DNA of 64,000 nucleotides, from the NCBI RefSeq assembly GCF_006345805.1, contig NC_042997.1:17422001-17486000 (forward strand), given 5' to 3'. The notes under the pieces are model-generated. The model worked only from the letters and a program-made list of their open reading frames with translations, did not search any database and had not been told where the DNA came from. The stretch comes from Octopus sinensis. Its lineage: Eukaryota. The position numbers were made by a program, and so were the translations under genes. Shown here in pieces: positions 39,165 through 53,606 of this stretch. Positions within the stretch are counted from its first letter, which is position 1. The number at the start of each line of letters is the position of its first letter.

Positions 39165-39920
39165 CAGAGGTGGGCTTAACAGAGGACACGCAAAGGTTAG
39201 GAAGGAATGAGGTTAGTATGCTCTGCTGGATGTGTAATGTGAGTGTACAAATTTGATAGTGCTAGTGTCTTGAAAGAGAATTTAGGCATAGGAAGAAATA
39301 GTTGATGTGTGCAAGAGAGAAAATTGCACTGATTTCGTCATATGATGTTGATGGATGTTGACAGTTTCATAAAGAAGTGCTGATCTCTCAAAGCAGATGG
39401 AACATGTGGAAGTGGGAGATCCAGGAAGACATGAGACAAAGTACTGAAGAACAACCTCAGGACACTGAACCTTTCAGGCAAGATGACAAGGACTGAGTAC
39501 TTGGCACCTTGCTGTACTCAAGAAGATCTGTACTTCACAGCAGAAGTGTTAAGACCTGATGGTGAGAATTGACTTGCAAGAGTCTTGTCCTGGTGCCACC
39601 TAAAAGTCACTTGTGGAGATGCCACATAAAAGCCTCCATGTGGTGCCTTGTAAAAATGCCCATGTGGTGCCACATAAAAGTACCCATATGTCATCACATA
39701 AAAGCACCTGGGCAGTGCTACATAAAATTGCCCATGCAGTGCCATGTATAAGCACCCAGCACACTCTGTAAAGTGGTTGGTGTTAGGAAGGGCGCCTAAC
39801 TGTAGAAAGCATGCCAAATCAGACAGGAGTCTGGTGCAGCTCCCCACTTTGCTAGCTCTGGTCAAACCATCCAACCTATACCAGCATAGATGATGGACAT
39901 TAAATGATAATGATGATAGA
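39165..39920 (+). mobile_element. RTE (BovB-like) LINE, 5'-truncated: ORF C-terminus plus 3' UTR
   Basis: EDTQRLGRNEVSMLCWMCNVSV..LKENLGI..VQERKLH*FRHMM..CGSGRSRKT*DKVLKNNLRTLNL, the typical RTE RLRW.GHV.R..GRPRKTW terminus. (GAT)-like tail. Confidence 0.85.
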
Positions 39921-41783
39921 CCACACACACACACATTTGAAGCTATTGTTTTCACTTTGTTGTGATTCAAAGTTTCCAATTATGTGTAATTATACAAAAG
40001 TAGAAACTGTCAGTAATGAAGGAGTAAAATATCAGCTTTGAATGGATAAATCAACTTTATTGCATATATAAAATACTCTTAACTTTGTGCATGTGTGTGC
40101 GTGTGTGTAAGGACTGTCTCAATAAAATATATATCAAGCCCATACTAGCATGGAAAAGTAGATGAGAAGGCAAATGAATGAATATATATATGTGTGTCTT
40201 TGTATCTATGGGGATGTGTGTACATTTGTGTGTACACGAGTGTGTTTATGTACCTAGATTCTTAATAGCTTGTTAAAATGTTTTCTTTCAATAACACATG
40301 TACCTAGTCATAAAGATATGTAAATGTAATCATACATACACTTACATTGATGTGTATACAATAAAACCTATTTTTATTTCATAAATCTAACTGTCATATA
40401 CATTCACCATGCACACAAAGGCTTTACACACATGCACATACACTGGTACACAAATACTGTAGAACACACACATATACATACACAGATATATATATGTATA
40501 TATATATAAGCACAGTTGTATACATGCATATGTACATACACGCATACAGACAGACTGACACACATATACATACATACATGCATGCATATTTATATGTCCT
40601 ATAACTGGAAAGCATCGCTTGTATTTCAGAGTGCTTCAGTTTAAGTTGATTTTGTTCATAATAGTTAAACAGTTGTTTACTCCTTCCTCTATTTCTGTCT
40701 CTCTCTCTCCACATTCTTTTACTCCTTTTTCATCACCCTCTGCATCATCATTGTCTTTTACTTTTCTCCTCTTTATGCGTGTTTTTCCTTCTTTTCTTTG
40801 TGTGTGTGTGTGTGGTGAGGTTGTCATCATTCTCTGCAATGTTCTTTTCCTCATTTATTTCTTTTCTCACCTTTCCATTTTTCTCTCAAATAAGTGAATG
40901 AATGAATTCATTCACTTATTTCTCTCGCTTTCTCTCAGTCAATCTGACTGTCTGTTTCTATTACACACATACTCCTTTCAACCTCCTTGCCTTTAACTCA
41001 CTGCTTGTTCTCTCTCCTTTTCATGTCTTATCTTGCTCACTCACTCACTATTTCAACTCCTTCACTCCTCATGCTCTTTCTCCCAATCAGTATTTATTTT
41101 CTCCTCTTGTTTTCTGTCTTTTATTTTCCCATTTACTCTCCAGCTGTATGCAAGTCTCTCTATAACTCTTTACACACACTTTTTCCCCTCATCCTCTACT
41201 CCCTCTCACTTTCTCACTATTTCTCTTTCTTCCTCTCATACACGCACATAGTCATACACTCACACACTCATCCGTGTATGTGCTCAGCACCAATACATTT
41301 GTTAGATGAAATCAATAGTACTGGATACGATGTGAGTAGGGAAGACGAACGCTGTAGTACTCTGAAGCAGTCTCAGACTTGTGGAGAGAGAGAAAGAGAG
41401 TGCATTATAAATGAGAAAGAGATAGAGGGATAACAAATGAGAAAGAAAGAGAAAGAGAGAGGGAGAGAGAAAGAGTGTGGTAGAGACAAAATAGAATAAT
41501 GCAAGTCAAACTGTTAATGTGGTTGAGAAAAGCCGGTTCCAAGTGGTAAGTGGATGAGGGTAAGGTAGTGATAAAGTGGTGGTTGGATAAAATGGTGGCA
41601 GTGCATATGGTGAGAACACAGAAACATATGTAAAATAAAGAACATATCTGGTAAAATATAGCACAGCTAAATGCTCACATGTTCAAAGATACACATATAT
41701 ACATATATGTACGTATGTGTTTGTATATAAAAATATATAAGTATTCAAAAGCATATGTATACCAATCTGTGTGTGAGTGTATA

Positions 41784-41809
<26 letters not shown>

Positions 41810-41815
<6 letters not shown>

Positions 41816-42830
41816 CTTTTATTGTTTTATTTGATTCAGTTATTTGACTGTAGCCATGCTAGAGCACCACCTTTAGTTAAGCAATTCGACCCCAGGACTT
41901 ATTCTTTGTCAGCCTAGTACTTATTATATCAGTCTCTTATGCCTAACTGCTAAGTTACATGGACATAAACACACCAACATCAGTCATCAAGCGATGTTGG
42001 GGAGACAAACTCACATACCAGATATATAAACAAACATGCATACACACATACACACCCACACACATACACACACATATATATATATATACGATGGGCTTCT
42101 TTCAGTTACTGTCTACCAAATCCACTCACAAGGCTTTGATCAGCTTGAAGACACTTGCCTAAGGTGCCACACAGTGGTACTGAACTCAGAACCATGTGGT
42201 TGGTACACAAGCTACTTACCACACAGCCACTCCTGCACCTATGTATATATATATATATATACACCTATGTATATATATATATATACACCTATGTATATAT
42301 ATATATATATATATATACACCTATGTATATATATATATATACACCTATGTATATATATATATATACACCTATGTATATATATATATATATATATATATAC
42401 ACCTATGTATATATATATATATATATATATACACCTATGTATATATATATATATACTTGTTTACTCTTTTACTTGTTTCAGTCATTTGACTGTGGCCATG
42501 CTGGAGCAGCGCCTTTACTCAAGCAAAGTGACCCCGGGACTTATTCTTTGTAAGCCTAGTACTTATCCCATTGATCTCTTTTGCTGAACCAATAAGTTAC
42601 GGGTTCGTAAACACACCAGCTTCGGTTGTCAAACGATGTTGGGGGGACAGAGACACACAAACATATACACACAATGGGTTTCTTTCAACTTCCGTCTGCC
42701 AAATCCACTCACAAGGCTTTAGCCAGCCCGAGGCTATAGTAATAGGCCCTTGCCCAAGGTGCCACGCAGTGGGACTGAACCCGGAATCATGCGGTTCATA
42801 AGCAAGCTACTTACCACACAGCCACTCCTA
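41810..42830 (-). mobile_element. Two head-to-tail SINE family A copies separated by a minisatellite
   Basis: Copies 41810-42235 and 42455-42830, each ending CTACTTACCACACAGCCACTCC on the plus strand. Confidence 0.85.
42236..42450. repeat. Minisatellite ACACCTATG(TA)n, about 8 units
   Basis: Direct read; the fixed core is constant while the TA length varies. Confidence 0.9.
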
Positions 42831-42860
42831 CTATATATATATGCATATATATATACATAT

Positions 42861-42905
<45 letters not shown>

Positions 42906-43337
42906 TATTAGGAGGTTTGGAGATGATGTACAGGTATTTTATATTAGAATAAATGAGGTACTCAGAAATTCGGATGGTTTTATATTTACAGATATCTTTT
43001 TGTATATTACATGTTTTTATACATCATATAACTTATATCATATGTCATATATTAGTGCTTTCGTCCATTCTGGTGGAGTTTTCAAACTGAATATATATAT
43101 ATACATATATATATATATGTGTATATGTATATATATACACATACACACACACACACACACATATATGTGCATGTGTGTGTGTCTGTCTATGTGTTTGTGT
43201 GTGTGCATGCTTATGTGTACATTTGGGTGCATATGTGTGAGCATGTGTGTATGTGTGTGTATATATACACATACACATGCACACATATATATATATATGC
43301 ATGTGTGTATAATGTATATATATGCATTAGTTGTGAT

Positions 43338-43666
43338 ACCTGTGCCGGTGGCACATAAAAAGCACCATCCATACGTGGCCGTTGCCAGCACCGCCTTGGC
43401 TGGCTTCCATGCCGGTGGCACGTTAAAAGCTCCAACCAATCGTGGCCGATGCCGGACCCCCCTGGCACCTGTGCAGGTGGCACGTAAAAAGCACCCACTT
43501 CACTCGCGGAGTGGTTGGCGTTAGGAAGGGCATCCAGCTGTAGAAACTCTGCCAGATCAGACTGGACCCTGGTGCAGCCCCTGGCTTCCCAGACCCCGGT
43601 CGAACCATCCAACCCGTGCTAGCACGGAAAACGGACGTTAAACGATGATGATGATGATGATGATAT
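43338..43666 (+). mobile_element. RTE 3' UTR / RTE-tailed SINE (young)
   Basis: Three GTGCCGGTGGCAC-like subunits, GGAGTGGTTGGCGTTAGGAAGGGCATCC, ACGGACGTTAAACGATGATG tail; CpGs retained. Confidence 0.85.
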
Positions 43667-45100
43667 GCATGAAAGCATGCTAAGTTTGAGATGGTTAGGG
43701 TTAAAGCGTCTGCAGTAATTTTAGCTGATAACTTGCTTCTATCATTTAAGAGGCATTGAAGTCAACAATAATAAGCTAATGAAATACATTAGAATAGTAA
43801 GGTTAGATTTTCTTCATAAAAACCATATCCTTCATATGGGTAAGTAATAATTTTTTGTAACTTCATAACTATGTTATTCTGCAAGATGTGGAGAAAGGTC
43901 AATATATAATTGTTTTGGTCATGCTATGAGCAAATTAGATTTGTAGGGTCAGCTAAGCAGCAAAGAATTTCATTTCCCAAATGTGTCATTCCAAGTTCAT
44001 TTTCTCAACTTGGCACTTTGGGCAACTGTCTTATAGTCTAACTTTAGGTAGAACAGGTAGTGAATGAAATTTTTTCACTGTAACTATAAGGAAGCACATC
44101 GTATATATGAATATTGGTGTATAAACATTGTGAAAAATACAATCAATGGCAAGAAAACCATATTATTTGTTCTGTGCTGAGTTACTATCACTCCCTGGAT
44201 GCTTTTGATCTAATTTCTATGAACAAGTGATTGATTAGTAGGAGACCAGTAACCAATCAATCAATCAATCTATCCATCTATCCATCAGTTAATCAATCAA
44301 TGTGTCCATCTCTCTGCTATTGCATGTGCTTATAAACATGTTTATATCCTAAACATATCAATATCTACATAAGTATTTATATATAAATCTGTATACATAA
44401 TTTGTGTATAAGAATGTATGAATATGGTTACATACACACTGATGGAGTGATCATAAAGTTAATCCATTTTGTGGTTTCAGTATTCATACATGTACACACA
44501 CACACACACACACACCACACATGCGCACAAATAACTCTGTTGTACTTAATAAGTTCACTTCCCAACATGTTTCAGAATTCGATCCCACTGTATGGCACTT
44601 TCAGCACTAATTCTCAGGTTAACCAACACTTTGTGAGTGTAATATGGGGACATGGATGTGATGTAGATATCTGGCTTATATGTGTGTGTGCGTGTGTGCA
44701 CGGATGTGTGTACAAGGATGTTAAAACAGCTTAATATGAGTGTACATGTATGTATTGAATCCTGTAATTTTGTGATTCAAAAAATATAGGCTGATGAAAT
44801 AAGCACCTGTCAAAAATATGTGTAAGGGTAAGTTGTTGTGCCAGTATGTATTGCTGCAGTCCAATAACTGAAACCATTACAAGAATGAAAGAAAATATAT
44901 GTTCAGTCTGGTATGTGTATATGGAAATGTACATCTGTGTGTCTCATTATTATCATTTGAAAACCAACATTTCAATGTTTTGTTTAACATATTTAAATTA
45001 AATAAATATATAAACATGTGTGTGTATATGTATATATATATATATATATATGGTGTATATATATATGTGTGTATATATATATATACATATAAAGTGTATA

Positions 45101-45131
<31 letters not shown>

Positions 45132-45585
45132 GTATATAAAAATACACAATATGTGTGTGCAGAAAGAGAGAGAGAGAGATAGACAAATGAATATATGTGT
45201 GTATATACACAGCCATACACACACAGACACACATATATGTGTATATATATACATATGTATAGTTACTCCACACATAAGTGTGAAAAATGTGAAAGTATAT
45301 TTTCTGTACTGAAAGTAGAGTTATCTCACATTTTATTGGAAGCTGTGACTTCAAAAGTTACACTATGAGAAGCTCGGAATAATGATTTGTGAAGTCACAA
45401 CCCTAATACTACACATTTACATATGGATGTATGTATGTATATATGTATGTATGTATGTATGTATGTGTGTATGTATGTATGTATGTATGTATGTATGTAT
45501 GTATGTATGTATGTATGTATGTGTAAGTGCATGCATGTGTGTGTGTGTGTTTATATGTATATATATACATATGTGTATATATGTT

Positions 45586-45617
<32 letters not shown>

Positions 45618-46619
45618 CTAGAGGAAAGCAAAAGTAAAATCTCTGAAATATAGAATGATATTTCAGTGTCTACCTGGTTAAATTATCCATGGTATTGCAG
45701 TTGGTTATGTAGAAGTAAGTTTATATCTCTGTGTATGGTATGTGTATGAATGGGGGAGAGAGTGTATGTTTGGGAAAGTTTTATATATAAATGCTTACAA
45801 ATGTTTATGGATATTTATAAATATTTTAGAAAATTATATCTGTGTATAATCGTGTATAAATACATGTACAAATTTATTGATACCTATGTTAGTGCAGAAC
45901 CAATATATATATATATGATGATTACTGAAGTTAATTTATATATATTTAATTGCACACACTTGCACAAAACAGATATAAACATATATATCATTACATAAAC
46001 ATTAATACATAAATATAAATATTTATGCAGATAGAAACATCTTAGCAATTTTTGCTTTTTACTTATTTCAGTCATTAAATTGTGGCCATACTGGGGCACT
46101 GCCTTGAAGGGTTTTAGTCGAACAAATGAACTCCAGCACTTATTATCATATATTTATCTATGTATGAATATACATAAATATATAATATTTATACACACGC
46201 AAATATATAACTAGATATATACATACATATTTTTATACATATACAAATATATATACACATACATACATGTATTCATACATTCATTTGTTTATGCATGAAA
46301 ACACACACACACACACACATGTTTATACATATATATATATATTTGTATATATATATTTATACACTCACACACATATATATGTAAGTAAGTGGACATGAAA
46401 AATAGGATAATGATGCCAATGATGAATGTGTATATGTGTATAGATATATCAAAAATGTATTAACATATATGCATTTATATATTTTCATAAATGTACACAC
46501 AAACACACATAAAAATATATCTATATTTATGTAGCCATCTCTCTTTATAAATATGTGTGTGTTTATATGTAAATGAAACAAAATTTTCTCTGATAAGAGT
46601 CTTTTAGCTGACATATGCA

Positions 46620-46900
46620 GTTCTAAGAAACCAGGAAGGAAGCCATAGGTATACTAAATACTGTGCAAGAAAGATTATTCACTTGGTGTTACTGTTATTA
46701 CTTGAAGTGGACAGTGAGGGTGAAAACAGATTGCTGTCCTGCGGCAAATTTCACAAGAAGCAGAAGTGAGTAGCAAATAGGGTTTGCAGGAGAGAACTGA
46801 CCCTTCAATTATGCTTATGGGTTGAAGTTTGGAGTGGGTGTATTGGGTGTTGTAGACAGTGGTTTGGGTGGCAGTTATGCCTTCCTGTGTTGATGTCTGG
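46620..46900 (-). mobile_element. Possible CR1/Jockey-like LINE 3' relic
   Basis: Island with higher GC; weak resemblance (..HPHC..SF...LW..LP) to CR1 C-termini. Confidence 0.25.
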
Positions 46901-47660
46901 AGACTTTCATGATTTACAAATTATATACAGAACTTACATTTTACTATTATCTCGCGATATCTATCTATATATATATTAGAAGCACACACATGTGTGTGTG
47001 CATTCTTATTTAAAAAACATGTTTCCCAGGTTTTAGAATAGACACCCGATATTCCAATATCAGGGCGGCATCAAAAAGGTCATTTGGTCTCAAAATATCC
47101 AGTTCAACCATACCAAGATGGAAAATTGGACCATGTATATTAGATAAAGTTGACCATGTATATTAGACTGTGTATGTTTTTGAAGACATATGTATATGTA
47201 TGTACACACACACATGTATGTGTATGTACATATACAAAATGATGATTTTTAGATATGGGTGTGTTTTGCAGTATAGTCAAGTAGGGAAGGGCAGTGATGG
47301 TGTTTAGTGAAAGGGAAGGATTTTACACTGAAATTGGAGACCTTGCCCAAATGTTTACCAGAGGCTGAACTTCACATTTATCCAGTTGTGATGTTAAACA
47401 GAACAACAGATGAAGTCAACCACCCAAGAACTCAGAATGCAGAAAGCTACAATAAAAAGCTCAAGAAAACCCTTCTGATATTGTAACAATCCTCCAATCT
47501 AATGAAAAGCAAAACTGAATTTGGTGTGATTTGAACTCTGAACACAGAGAGCTGGAACAAATATATATACCATTCATCTTTTACTTTTGCAACCATCTAG
47601 TTGCAAAACAAGCTTCTTAACCACACAGTGTGCCTACACCCATATAAATACATAATAATA

Positions 47661-47691
<31 letters not shown>

Positions 47692-47744
47692 TGGCAGAAG
47701 TTACAAAGTGACTCATGGTCCAAGAGTTTTGTGTGTTGCAAATC

Positions 47745-47985
47745 CATGAAACCAATTATTAGTCTAAAATTTTGGCACAAGGCCAGCAATATTGGGGGAG
47801 GGAGTAAGTAAATTACATCAACCCCAATGCTCAACTGGTACTTATTTTATTGATCCTGAAAGGATGAAAGGCAAAGTTGACCTTGGCAAAATTTGAACTC
47901 AGAATGTATAGGTGGACGAAATGCCACTATTCATTTTACTTGGTGTGCTAATGATTCTCAGCTCACCACCTTCATTAAACAAATT
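47745..47985 (-). mobile_element. SINE family B
   Basis: GGCACAAGGCC..CATCAACCCCAATGCTCAACTGGTACTTATTTTATTGATCCTGAAAGGATGAAAGGCAAAGTTGACC..CAGCTCACC. Confidence 0.85.
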
Positions 47986-48699
47986 ATTTATAAACCCCAA
48001 AAATATACATGCTCATTTTTTAGTTCTATCTTCCTATTTGCATCACCAAGCCTATGCCCATACATGCAAGCATGCATACATACATATGAGTGTGTGTGTG
48101 CATGTGTATAATATTGTTCTTAGTATGATGAAAATTTATTTAGACTCATAAATATTTTGTTTTTCCTTATATGCTTAGACAAAGAAATTGTTACTATTAT
48201 TGTTTGGTGCTATAAGTTTCGACCTTGTGGCATATAAGCAAAACATTTTTATATCCATTTTATAGCTTTAAAAAATTGATGCTGAAAACTTATGTATAAA
48301 CTGTAGATGGAAATAGAATTCTGCACCCTTCAATTATGAACAAATGGTGTTTTAAATTCTCTTTTTTTTCTATATATATCTTCTTTGCCATTATATAGTC
48401 ATACATATGTATATATTGTATAATACACAGATGCATACATAGACACATGCATCTATGCATAAGTATCATATGTAAGTATATGTGTAACAAACAAACATAT
48501 ATATAGACATAAAGATGAATATACATAAGATAGATATATTGACCAAATATTTCTGGTCCAGACATGTCCATATGTTTTGTGAATATTCATATCTATTGGA
48601 CCAAATCAACTTATTCTCTGCTATTAATTATTCAAACCCTACATAGATTTGAAACAATAACATAGTAAATTTTTAACTTATAGTACCTAAGAACCTATA

Positions 48700-48731
<32 letters not shown>

Positions 48732-49133
48732 GAATTAGTGCATGGCTGCATTAGGTGGGTGGGTGGGTGGTCTGAGTGGCTACAGTATTTACTTAGCCAT
48801 TCTGAAGCCTTTGATTGATTGTACAGCATGGCACCTTGAAGCAAATGTTTTTTACTGCAGTTTCAAGTCAGCCTAAAACTTTTGTGTGAAGTTGGATTGA
48901 CAGAAACTATGGATGCGAATTGGATGGAATTTACCCACAATTCAAAGGGCCAGTCTTATCATATGCTGTGTTATGCTGGTTCAGCCTGAGGATTTTGTTC
49001 ATGGTACACATAATAGAAACACCAGATAAGAACTGAATCAGACTATGACAATCTGTACAACTCATGCCAGCATGGTAAGCGGAAGTAAAACAATAATAAT
49101 GATGATGGATCTTTGGAAAATTCCACCACCTAC

Positions 49134-49216
49134 GGTAAAATTCAATAGAAAGGGATTTCCATTCATCAAATATTGCAATATTCATAGTTGAAAGCACCTG
49201 AGTTCCACTTTCTGTA
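49134..49216 (-). CDS. Coding exon 3 of the unidentified gene (83 nt, phase 2 to 1): (N)TESGTQVLSTMNIAIFDEWKSLSIEFY
   Basis: Acceptor TATACTTATAAG, donor ACC|GTAGGT; open in the frame required by exon 51461-51527; unique sequence. Confidence 0.5.
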
Positions 49217-49459
49217 CTTATAAGTATATACACACAAGGGGGGCGAGAATAAATATGTTACAGAATTCAGAAGTAGAGATTCTGGTCTAGAGGGATTAGT
49301 TCACCATGTTTTTGTGGTTTTGTAATGCAACCAACAGCAAAAGACTGTAGACACACACATATATACACACCCATACACACATATATATATGTACATTAAC
49401 ACATATAAGCATATTTATCCATAACAAGAAAATTTGCTTTAAACATAACTCTCTCTCTC

Positions 49460-49862
49460 TTTTACTCTTTTACTTGTTTCAGTCATTTGACTGCAGCCAT
49501 ACTGGAGCACCGCCTTTAGTCGAGCAAATCGACCCTGGGACTTATTCTTTGTAAGCCCAGTACTTATTCTATCGGTCTCTTTTGCCGAACCGCTAAGTGA
49601 CGGGGATCTAAACACACCAGCATCGGTTGTCAAACGATGGTGTGGGGACAAACACAGACACACAAACACACACACATACATATATATATACATATATACG
49701 ACAGGCTTCTTTCAGTTTCCATCTACCAAATCCACTCACAAGGCATTGGTCGGCCCGGGGCTATAGCAGAAGAAACTTGCCCAAGATGCCACACAGTGGG
49801 ACTGAACCCGGAACCATGTGGTTGGTTAGCAAGCTACTTACCACACAGCCACTCCTGCGCCC
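49460..49862 (-). mobile_element. SINE family A, full length and young
   Basis: A-box TGGCTGTGTGG, B-box GGTTCAGTCC, internal (TA/TG)n, 3' module with CpGs intact. Confidence 0.92.
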
Positions 49863-50115
49863 AAACAAGACACACATATACATGTGTGTGTGAGTACTTA
49901 TAAATAAATATTAAAAGATACATATATACTATATACATATTATATATATACATATATATATATAAATTTACATATAAATATATATACATGTACATAGATA
50001 TACATACATACATATACATAGATATACATACATACATATACATAGATATACATACATACATATACATAGATTACATACATACATATACATACATATATAT
50101 ATATTATATATATAT

Positions 50116-50153
<38 letters not shown>

Positions 50154-50214
50154 TATTACATATATACGTATATATACATGCATGCCACACCTACATATAT
50201 ATGTATATGTAAGT

Positions 50215-50617
50215 AGGCGCAGGAGCGGCTGTGTGGTTAGTAGCTTGCTTACCATCTACATGGTTCTGGAGACCCAAGGTCCCACTCATGGGCAAGTGTC
50301 TTCTAGTATAGCCTCAGGCTGACCAAAGCCTTGTTAGTATATTTGGTAAATGGAAACTGAAAGAAGCCTATTGTATACATATATGTGTGTGTGTATATGC
50401 TTGTGCGTGTGTGTTGTGTATTTATTCCCCCAACATCGCTTGACAACAGATGCTGGTGTGTTTATGTCCACACAACTTAGTGGTTTGGCAAGATAGACTG
50501 ATAGAACAAGTACTAGGCTTACAAAGAATAAGTCCTGGGGTTGATTTGTGACTATAGGCGGCGCTCCAGCATGGCCGCAGTCCAATGACTGAAACAAGTA
50601 AAAGAATAAAAGAATAT
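50215..50617 (+). mobile_element. SINE family A, full length
   Basis: Same architecture in the opposite orientation to 49460-49862, about 350 bp away. Confidence 0.88.
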
Positions 50618-50729
50618 ACATATACAAATATATATAAATATGTATATGTCTGTGCGTGTGTATATAGATATATATTATATATAAATATGTAATGTGAGTG
50701 TGTGTGTGTGTGTATATATATATACATCC

Positions 50730-50778
<49 letters not shown>

Positions 50779-51460
50779 CACACACACACACATAATATGC
50801 ATGTTTATATAAATATGTATATGTCTGTATGTATATATATATATAAGGACATATACATATCTATATGTATATACATATTTATAAAAATATATATATATAT
50901 ACATGTGCACATATTTACATGCATGCACACAAACACACATACAAGCATATCTGTATTATACATATGAAATATAAAGATAAACAGATATATATATATATAC
51001 ATATAAATATGCATATATACCTATATACAGACACACACACATATACATAAATACATGTATATATATAGATATATATACGTACACACATACATATATAGAT
51101 AATGTATATAAATATATACATGTATATATGTGTATATATATATATATACATATATATTATATGTATATATATATGTGTATATATAAATGTGTGTGTGTGT
51201 CTGTATATATATATATACACACACACACATATATATATATATATACAAATATACATATATACACATACACATACACGTATGTATAGATACATGTGTATGT
51301 ATATACGTATACAGACATATATACATACATATATACGTACATGCTTATACACATGCCTATAAATACACATATACACACAGACATATACATACACACAAAT
51401 GCATTCATATATCATATGTGTAGAAAATTAGCTACAAGCATGTATAATATTTAATCATAC

Positions 51461-51527
51461 TTTCTTTCAGCTTTAGCATGTAGTGAAAAATGATACCAGT
51501 AATATACATCTTTGTGCGTAGGAATGT
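51461..51527 (-). CDS. Coding exon 2 of the unidentified gene (67 nt, phase 1 to 2): (D)IPTHKDVYYWYHFSLHAKAER
   Basis: Acceptor CACATTTACAG, donor AAA|GTATGA; open in the phase left by exon 1. Confidence 0.5.
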
Positions 51528-52037
51528 CTGTAAATGTGTGTGTGTGTGTGCCTGTTTTTATCATATAATTGTCTGATCCATTGCACTGCAGCCATGCTGG
51601 TACACCACCATGAAGGGTCTAGTAAAAAAATTGATCCCTATACTTACTTTTAAGCCTGCAAAATTATGAGGACATAAACAAACCAACACTAGTTGTAAAG
51701 CAGTATTGGGGAACAGACTACTTAAACGCAAGCACACACACACACACAATAGGCTTCTTTTAGTTTCTGTCTACGAAGTCTGCTTATAAGGTTTTGTTAG
51801 CCTAGGGTTGGTTAAGTAGCGATGTAGCGGGAATGAACCCATGACTTGAAAGCAAACTTCTTAACCACAAAACTTGACTGCAAAATCAACGTTTCCAGAA
51901 GTCAGGCTTCACACTAAGTACATCCTGTATTAAGTCCATCTTTCATTTTATTTTTGTTATTATGAAACACTAAGTATATCTATCAATCTATGTGTATGTG
52001 TGTGTGTATATATGTGATATGTATATATACATATGTA

Positions 52038-52071
<34 letters not shown>

Positions 52072-52112
52072 AATATATATATATATGTATTTATATATAT
52101 ATGTATGTGTGT

Positions 52113-52151
<39 letters not shown>

Positions 52152-52416
52152 TTACATATATATGTGTATGTATTTATATATGTATGTATATGTGTATATA
52201 TATATATATCTTTTACTTGTCTCAGTCACTGGACTGCAGCCTGTTAGGGTACCGGTTTGAAGGGTTTTTAGTTGAATGAATTAACCTCCGCCCTTCATCC
52301 CTTTTGCCGAATCATTAAGTTATGGAGACATTAACAAATGAACATCAATTATCAAGCAGTGGTGAGAGACAGACACACATGCAATGACAGACACCTATAG
52401 ATATATATATATATAT

Positions 52417-52448
<32 letters not shown>

Positions 52449-52472
52449 ACATATGTACACATATATGTTTGC

Positions 52473-52504
<32 letters not shown>

Positions 52505-52749
52505 TTGTCCAACCCATGCTAGCATGGAAAACAGACACTAAACGATGATGATGATGATATATATGGCTTTAGTTGTCACATGGAGTCCTGTACTTGCTTA
52601 AGGCTTGTGCTTGTTTTATTGATCTTTGTATATTGATTGTCCAATTTACATTCTGACTGAAAGGGTCACATCTCGACACACTGGTTTGCACCATAATACA
52701 TAAGTACACAGATAATCATACATATATGTGTGTGCGTGTGTGTGTGTGT

Positions 52750-53560
52750 GTGTGTGCATGTTGTATACATATATTTGTGTGTGTCTCTCAATATACCTCT
52801 ATATATAATGTGTGTAGATATCATCATCATTTAACATCTGTTGTCCATGCTGGTATGGATTGGAAGGTTTGACCAGGGCTGGTAAACTGGGAGGCTGCAC
52901 TAGACTCCAGTCAGACATGGATGCTTTTCCCATGCCAACCATTCAAAGAGTGTAATGGGTGCTTTTACATGCCACTGGCATAGGTGCCAGTTGTGAGACC
53001 CCAGTATCTGCCATGACTAGATTTCACTTGACTGATGAGTCTTCTTCTCAAGGCAGCATATTGACAGAGGCCTCGGTCATCTGCATTGCCTCTGTGAGCC
53101 CCATGCTCAAAAGGTGCTTCTTGTGCACGGTGCTATTTACACAATACCAACACCAGCCACATATATATGAAGAAAAGAGAGAGAGAAATATGAATGTAGT
53201 CATGTCTTTCTAATATACATATCGTCATCATCATCATCATGTGGCATGGTTTGAACATATATATATGTATGTATATAGAATATATATATAATTCTCACTC
53301 ACACGTGTGTATATATATATATATATATATGCTATTTTGCAAAACTAAGAGATGTGTGCAATCATAATGGTTATGCCATGCGAGCACATTAAAGAAATAT
53401 GAATCTAGATCTAATAATTAATTCTGAGTAATTCTATATCCCTAAGCTATATTCGTGACAACTAACATTTATTTCATCTCATGTTTCCTGAAGAATTTGG
53501 GAAATATCAAATCTGGTTTATGTATTAAAAAAAAGTAAAAATTACGCACCCATGCACAAC

Positions 53561-53606
<46 letters not shown>

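Noticed and set aside
44805-44870. Minus-strand exon-like segment after a strong TTTCAG acceptor
   Set aside because: It is the decayed 3' module of SINE family A (CAGTCATTTGACTGC-like).
49790-49862. tRNA-like sequences at SINE heads
   Set aside because: They have A/B boxes but no full cloverleaf and run straight into SINE bodies, so they are not tRNA genes.
53032-53060. CTGATGAG (also at 54382) as a hammerhead core
   Set aside because: No GAAA or helix I; ordinary RTE 3' UTR sequence.
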